From assembly GCA_964524795.1 (NCBI GenBank), contig CAZGEH010000001.1:495298-559297 (forward strand): a stretch of 64,000 nt of DNA, in the 5' to 3' direction. The number at the start of each line of letters is the position of its first letter. Position 1 is the first letter of the stretch. A program made the position numbers and the translations under genes. The notes beneath the pieces were generated by a model. The model was not told where the DNA came from. It did not search any database and was given only the letters and a program-made list of their open reading frames with translations. Positions 59,521-64,000 of this stretch are shown one piece after another. Source of the stretch: an uncultured Acidobacteriota bacterium (lineage in GTDB: Bacteria; Acidobacteriota; UBA6911; RPQK01; JAPXNP01).

Positions 59521-60287
59521 GTGAACCTTCGTGCTCCTACCGCTGCCAGCAACAGAAACGCCGCTGCCACGAAAGCCCAGTCGCGCGGGCGCAGCGAGCG
59601 TGCCGGGAGGCCGCGGGGCTGTCCGTCGAAGCCCCGCGACAGCATCGCCGCATGCAGCCGCTCACTGCGGGCATACGATCGCAGGAACAGGCTGCCCAAC
59701 ATCCGGCCGGCGATCTGCAGATTGAGCAGGAGCGATGCCGGGAACCCAGGCCCGGGCCCTCCGCAGCGGGACGCCCGCGCCCGCATCATGGCCATGCCTT
59801 CCTCACCAATGACCGCCAGGTATCGATGCATGAGTCCCATGACCCCAATCAGGGGGGCGGGGACCCGCAGGGACGCCAACGCTTCCAGCAACTCGTTGCT
59901 TGGCGTGGTCCAGTTCAGCACCAGCACCACGGAAACCGACAGCAGGATTTTCGCCGAGACGGTGAGATACAGTGCCAACCCGGGAGAGGTCACCGTCACG
60001 CCGACCAGAGGGAGTCTTGCCGCCTCCGCCCCCGGAGTCGTGAGCGGAATCAGAGCTGCCGCCAGCAGGAAAGGTACCGCCAGCAGGAAACCCTTGACCA
60101 GGTAGGACCATGGGACCCGAAGGACCGCCAAACAGACGGCCACGACCGAAGCAGGTAGCAGGAGGCTCATCCAGTCGGCGACCGGAGCCAGGTTGATGGC
60201 GGCGATCAGCGTCAGGGCCGCTGACAGTCTGGATGTGGGATGGATACTGGGAGACCTGTCCAGCAGCCCTCCGGACCCGAGGTCCAA
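59517..60287 (-). CDS. cbiQ: ECF transporter transmembrane (T) component CbiQ/EcfT
   Basis: CbiQ-like N-terminus LDRSPSIHPTSRLSAALTLIAAI and 5-6 TM helices. Start placed at TTG 60287, one nt after the cbiM stop (translational coupling). The track ORF start at 60350 would overlap cbiM by 62 bp. Confidence 0.7.
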   Translation of the reverse strand: MDLGSGGLLDRSPSIHPTSRLSAALTLIAAINLAPVADWMSLLLPASVVAVCLAVLRVPWSYLVKGFLLAVPFLLAAALIPLTTPGAEAARLPLVGVTVTSPGLALYLTVSAKILLSVSVVLVLNWTTPSNELLEALASLRVPAPLIGVMGLMHRYLAVIGEEGMAMMRARASRCGGPGPGFPASLLLNLQIAGRMLGSLFLRSYARSERLHAAMLSRGFDGQPRGLPARSLRPRDWAFVAAAFLLLAAVGARRFT

Positions 60288-60288
60288 G

Positions 60289-61239
60289 CTAGTCCTCCGC
60301 GCGCCGGGCGGCGAACCGTCCCACGGCCCGCACGACAGCGAAGACGGCAAGGGTGCCGATCACCATTGCCAGCATTGTCGAGGGGGCCCAGTGGCTGAGA
60401 AAACCTACCGTATAGTCCGGGAACAGTTCGAAGAACGAAGGCTGCGCCATGCGGGCGAAACCACCCTCCTCCGCCACCACCTCGAGGCCGTCGGGGCTGG
60501 AGGAAGCAAACGGGGCGAGTAGCGCCAGCCCCAAGGCCGCCAGCAGCGCCAGGGTCGTGGCAATGGCTGACCACTGGCCGGCTGGCCGACGGGCAGCCAC
60601 CGTAAGATCAGGCCTGGCGGATTCCAGGAGGCTGAGTGCGGCCACCGTTACCACCGCCTCGACCACCCCAACCAGGGCGTAAACTCCGGTCAGCGCCGGC
60701 AGGGACAGGGACAGGGGGTAGGTTCCAGAAAGACCAAGTTGAACGGCGGTGGCCGCGGCCCCCACTTCCACAGAGAGCCAGGATCCCACCAACGCGGCCA
60801 GCTTGACCCCTCCCGTCAACCGGTGCATCAGGGTGAAGGCGGACGAAGCTGCGAAAACCGCCAGAAAGGCCATGTTCAGAAGGTTACAACCCATGGCAAA
60901 CAACCCGCCGTCCTGAAACAGCAGTCCCTGGACCAGGACCACTGCCACCATCACCACTGAACCCGCCCATGGGCCCAGGAGGATTCCCGCCAGGGCCGCC
61001 CCCAGGACGTGGCCGGAAGTTCCGCCGGCGATGGGAAAATTCAGGGCTTGCGCAGCAAAGATGAACGCGGCCAGCACTCCCATCAACGGAATCTGGCGGT
61101 CCAGGAACTGGAGCCGGGTCTGACGGAGTGCCAGCCACACCAGCAGTGCCCCCACGACCCACCCGACCAGGGCGACGCCGGGGCTGAGGAAGCCATCAGG
61201 GATGTGCAGGGCGAGCACGTCGGCAGTCATCCGCTGCAA
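60289..61239 (-). CDS. cbiM: cobalt/nickel ECF transporter S-component CbiM fused to C-terminal PDGLE domain
   Basis: CbiM signature LHIPDGFLSP at the N-terminus plus about 6 TM helices. The C-terminal 90 aa contain SPDGLEVV (PDGLE-domain motif, CbiN-like role). Confidence 0.85.
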   Translation of the reverse strand: MQRMTADVLALHIPDGFLSPGVALVGWVVGALLVWLALRQTRLQFLDRQIPLMGVLAAFIFAAQALNFPIAGGTSGHVLGAALAGILLGPWAGSVVMVAVVLVQGLLFQDGGLFAMGCNLLNMAFLAVFAASSAFTLMHRLTGGVKLAALVGSWLSVEVGAAATAVQLGLSGTYPLSLSLPALTGVYALVGVVEAVVTVAALSLLESARPDLTVAARRPAGQWSAIATTLALLAALGLALLAPFASSSPDGLEVVAEEGGFARMAQPSFFELFPDYTVGFLSHWAPSTMLAMVIGTLAVFAVVRAVGRFAARRAED

Positions 61240-61463
61240 TCTAGCACACTCCGGCGGGAAAGCGGATCCCCAGGGACGGCCGCGCCGATGGTCCTGCGAG
61301 CAAACTCCGCCGACTTTTCCGCGCGCCCCAGCTCATCCGACAGGAGGTCTTCAGCCTCTTTCCCGAGGCTGGATGCCCGGCCCACAGCACGCCCGGGAGT
61401 CTGGACCATCCGTGCGACCCCGTTCAGAGTTCCGGCCCTGAGCGGCGCAAGCCTACGGCACGT

Positions 61464-62072
61464 TCAGGGGCCCTCAGGCCGGAAGTACTGAGGGTACAGA
61501 CGGCGGGCACAGTCCGGACAGAGGCCGTGGGAAAACAGGACCTCAGAGTGCTCCTGGATATACTGTTCCATCTCCGTCCAGGCACCCGACTTGTCACGGA
61601 TGCGCTTGCACGCTGCACAGACTGCCAACAGCCCGCTCAGTCGCTTCAGTTCGTCCAAAGCTCCCTGCAGTTCAACGATCAAGCGCAGGTTCTCCCTCTG
61701 GATGCGATGGCGGTACGAATTGTCCGCCACAAAGCAGATGGTAACCGGCGCCCCTGACATTCCGGTGAATCCCAGCCCTACCTCGATGGGGAACTCCCCT
61801 CCGTCCCGGCGCACGCCGGTCAGGTCCCGGCCGGTACCCATGCGCCGAGCGTGAGGATCGGCGGTGAAGCCGCGGCGCTCCTCCTGGTGACGGGAGCGGA
61901 GCCGTTCCGGGATCAGGGACTCGACCGACCGGCCGCAAAGATCACCTCCGGGATATCCAAAGATTTCCGCTGCACAGGCGTTTGCAGCGCAGATGGTGCC
62001 GCCGGCGTCCACCAACAGAACACCCAAAGGCACCGCCTCCATGAAGGCGCTCAAATGTGGATCCAGCTCCAT
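61464..62072 (-). CDS. PAS-domain sensor protein with C-terminal 4-Cys module
   Basis: PAS S-box (LLVDAGGTICAANACAAEIFGYPGGDLCGRSVESLIP) followed by CAACKRIRDKSGAW...HGLCPDCARRLYP (Cx2C-(about 27)-Cx2C). 202 aa. Confidence 0.7.
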   Translation of the reverse strand: MELDPHLSAFMEAVPLGVLLVDAGGTICAANACAAEIFGYPGGDLCGRSVESLIPERLRSRHQEERRGFTADPHARRMGTGRDLTGVRRDGGEFPIEVGLGFTGMSGAPVTICFVADNSYRHRIQRENLRLIVELQGALDELKRLSGLLAVCAACKRIRDKSGAWTEMEQYIQEHSEVLFSHGLCPDCARRLYPQYFRPEGP

Positions 62073-62219
62073 GTTTTCGTCCTCGGTTGTGACTGCCCGG
62101 CGGGCAGGTTCGCGACTGGCACCATCTTATCCAAGCCCGGGTAACGACTACGGCTGTTCTGCCGATAAACAAAGGGTTCACCCCGACCGCGGTCGGGTAC
62201 TGTTGAGACTGTAGACGCC

Positions 62220-63059
62220 ATGGCTGTACCGCAGGAGCTGATCCGCAGCATCGGGCATCTTGCCCCCATGCCGGTCACCGCCCAACGCATCCTTTCAGTC
62301 CTCAATGATGAGGACGTGTCGCTGGCGGAGATCGCCGCCATCGTCGAATATGACGAGGCCCTGGTCGCGAACACGCTGCGGGTGGCCAATTCGGTTTTCC
62401 ATTCCCGCAGCCGGCCGGTGACCACCATCCGGGCCGCAGTGGTCCGCCTGGGCTCGACCAACCTCTTCAATCTGATCCTGGGCCGGCATCTGCGGTCCCT
62501 CGCGACAGCAGCGCCACTGTACGATCTCAGCGAAAACGACCTTTGGATGCATTCCGCGGTGGCGGCGCTTGCCGCCGAGGAGATCATGACGGTGTCCGTG
62601 GCCGAGATCCCCCAGCTCACAAAAATCGCGGCCCTGGTGCATGACGTCGGCAAGCTCATCATGGTGCGTTACTTTAAGTGCGACTTCCGGGGGGTGCTGG
62701 AACGGGCAGACCGCTGCGGGACCAGTTTCGTGGAGGCGGAGCGCGAGCTGCTGGGCTGCGATCACGCAGAAGTGGGGGCCGCGGTGGCTCGCCAGTGGGG
62801 ATTCCCGGAGCCGGTAACGTACGCCATCGAGTACCACCACTCGCCTGCCCCGGAACCCAGCTCCGTCCTCGACGTCGTGATCATGGCCAACCTCGTGGCC
62901 AAGACCCTGGCCACCGGGCTGGGAGCGGAAGGTATGAACTTCACCGTGGATGAAGGATGCCGCAAACGGCTGCAACTGGACTTCAACAGCTTCTGCCGGA
63001 TCTGCGCGAGGGTTGAGGAGGGGATGCACCAAGTGAAATCCCTTTACGGTGTTGCCTGA
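62220..63059 (+). CDS. HDOD domain signalling protein
   Basis: HDOD motifs LRVANSVFHSR, AVVRLGSTNL, ALVHDVGKLIM, YHHSPAPE. 279 aa. Confidence 0.8.
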   Translation: MAVPQELIRSIGHLAPMPVTAQRILSVLNDEDVSLAEIAAIVEYDEALVANTLRVANSVFHSRSRPVTTIRAAVVRLGSTNLFNLILGRHLRSLATAAPLYDLSENDLWMHSAVAALAAEEIMTVSVAEIPQLTKIAALVHDVGKLIMVRYFKCDFRGVLERADRCGTSFVEAERELLGCDHAEVGAAVARQWGFPEPVTYAIEYHHSPAPEPSSVLDVVIMANLVAKTLATGLGAEGMNFTVDEGCRKRLQLDFNSFCRICARVEEGMHQVKSLYGVA

Positions 63060-63130
63060 ATCAGGGCAGCGGCTGCCAGTGCCCATCCCACCTCACCTTG
63101 GTTCCCACTGGCGAAGACTTGGCTCGACGC

Positions 63131-63158
63131 TAAAGTTCTCCGCCGCCCACGCCGAAAA
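63131..63158 (+). promoter_or_regulatory. sigma28 (FliA)-type promoter upstream of motA
   Basis: TAAAG-N15-GCCGAAAA, against consensus TAAA(G)-N15-GCCGATAA, located about 170 nt upstream of the motA ATG. Confidence 0.45.
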
Positions 63159-63330
63159 GATAGGGGACAAGTTGTGTCGGTAGGGTAGCAGCATGGCCGG
63201 TTCTTCGGACCCGGGCGGCGGATGCAGGAGTGCCTACTCATGGAGGGGAGGCCTCTGGAACGCTGAGAAGCGCTGACCACCTTCCGGCCGGGCCTGTGCC
63301 GGCTGGGCCGGCGGCAGTTACGGGCGAAAC

Positions 63331-64000
63331 ATGGACGTCGCAACCGTCATCGGCATCCTGGCAAGCGCCATCATCGTATTTCTGTCGATCTTCGCGGGTG
63401 GCAACGCCGGGCTGTTCATCGAATACAACAGCATTCTCATCGTTTTTGGGGGAACTCTCGCCACCACCCTGATCCGGTTCCCCCTCAGCAGCGTCCTCGG
63501 CACCCTGGCGGTCACCAAGAAGGCCTTCACCAGCCGCTTGCCTGACCCTTACGAGGTGTTGGAGGAGCTGGTCGGGTTGGCACGGAAATCCCGGAAAGAC
63601 GGCCTGCTTTCCCTGGAGGACTACAAGACGGACGATCAGTTCCTGACCCGCGGGCTCACCCTGGTGGTGGATGGTGCCGAGGCCGAAGCCGTGGAAAGCG
63701 TTCTGCTGACCGACATCCGCTATCTGAAGCAGCGGCACCGGCAGGGGCAGGACATTTTCAAGGCCATCGGAGATGCCGCCCCGGCTTTCGGGATGATCGG
63801 CACCCTGGTCGGCCTGGTCATCATGCTGTCCAACATGTCGGACGTCGAGAAGCTGGGTCCGGCGATGGCAGTGGCGATTCTGACCACCTTGTACGGCTCG
63901 TTGATCGCCAACATCGTCGCCCTGCCGATCGCCAAAAAACTCGAAATCCGCAGCCGGGAGGAGAGCCTGATCCGCGAGCTGATGCTGGTGGGGCTGGTGA
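63331..64000 (+). CDS. motA: flagellar motor stator protein MotA/PomA (partial, continues past window end)
   Basis: MDVATVIGILASAIIVFLSIFAGG...(plug/TM1-2), then FGMIGTLVGLVIMLSNMSD...AMAVAILTTLYGSLIANIVALPIA (TM3-4 proton channel). No stop before the window end. Confidence 0.85.
   Translation, partial: MDVATVIGILASAIIVFLSIFAGGNAGLFIEYNSILIVFGGTLATTLIRFPLSSVLGTLAVTKKAFTSRLPDPYEVLEELVGLARKSRKDGLLSLEDYKTDDQFLTRGLTLVVDGAEAEAVESVLLTDIRYLKQRHRQGQDIFKAIGDAAPAFGMIGTLVGLVIMLSNMSDVEKLGPAMAVAILTTLYGSLIANIVALPIAKKLEIRSREESLIRELMLVGLV

Noticed and set aside
61240-61463. full cobalamin riboswitch call upstream of cbiM
   Set aside because: Only a B12-box-like GAAGACCUCC and a GGGAA core were recognisable. 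The canonical GGUG..AA..UCC and CCCGCAACUG elements were not found by eye. It is kept as a hypothesis in the findings rather than annotated as a feature.

Overview
High-GC (about 65-70%) bacterial chromosomal segment, densely packed with genes; most runs are co-directional with 4-bp ATGA overlaps. The mix of MacB/FtsX-type permeases, DUF5107, DUF5916, TPR and beta-propeller secreted proteins and a PQQ dehydrogenase suggests an Acidobacteriota-like soil bacterium; this is an inference and was not checked. Content, in order: tig (partial); an MCP chemoreceptor; a MacAB-like efflux module with two tandem FtsX permeases, an HlyD adaptor and no ATPase; tRNA-Lys(CTT); a DUF5107-TPR protein; a 71-codon glutaredoxin-like gene with an in-frame TGA at the catalytic Cys position followed 11 nt later by a SECIS-like hairpin, so a candidate selenoprotein; two Gfo/Idh/MocA oxidoreductases; a DUF5916/CBM9-like protein; an Lrp-aminotransferase pair; a tandem-CHRD secreted protein; fba; a NahK-like HexNAc 1-kinase with a sugar-1-P nucleotidyltransferase and a divergent SSS transporter; HDOD and UroD-like genes; an orphan AmmeMemoRadiSam radical SAM enzyme; an HD small-alarmone-hydrolase-like gene; an IMPase-family gene; the housekeeping run ispDF-radA-alr-dnaB, rplI-rpsR-rpsF, hppA, pth-rplY-prs-ispE; TPR and YVTN beta-propeller secreted proteins; DciA-like, HNH and DUF2064 genes; ppk1 divergent from sixA; an S9 peptidase and a lipoprotein; a PQQ quinohaemoprotein dehydrogenase with its cognate cytochrome c lipoprotein; a low-GC islet with a textbook sigma70 promoter driving a small secreted 8-Cys protein next to a frameshifted secreted gene; an esterase; a cbiM(PDGLE)-cbiQ-cbiO ECF cobalt/nickel transporter; a PAS protein; a second HDOD protein; and a sigma28-type promoter in front of motA (partial). 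No CRISPR array, integrase or transposase was seen. Many long antisense ORFs in the track are GC-rich artefacts.
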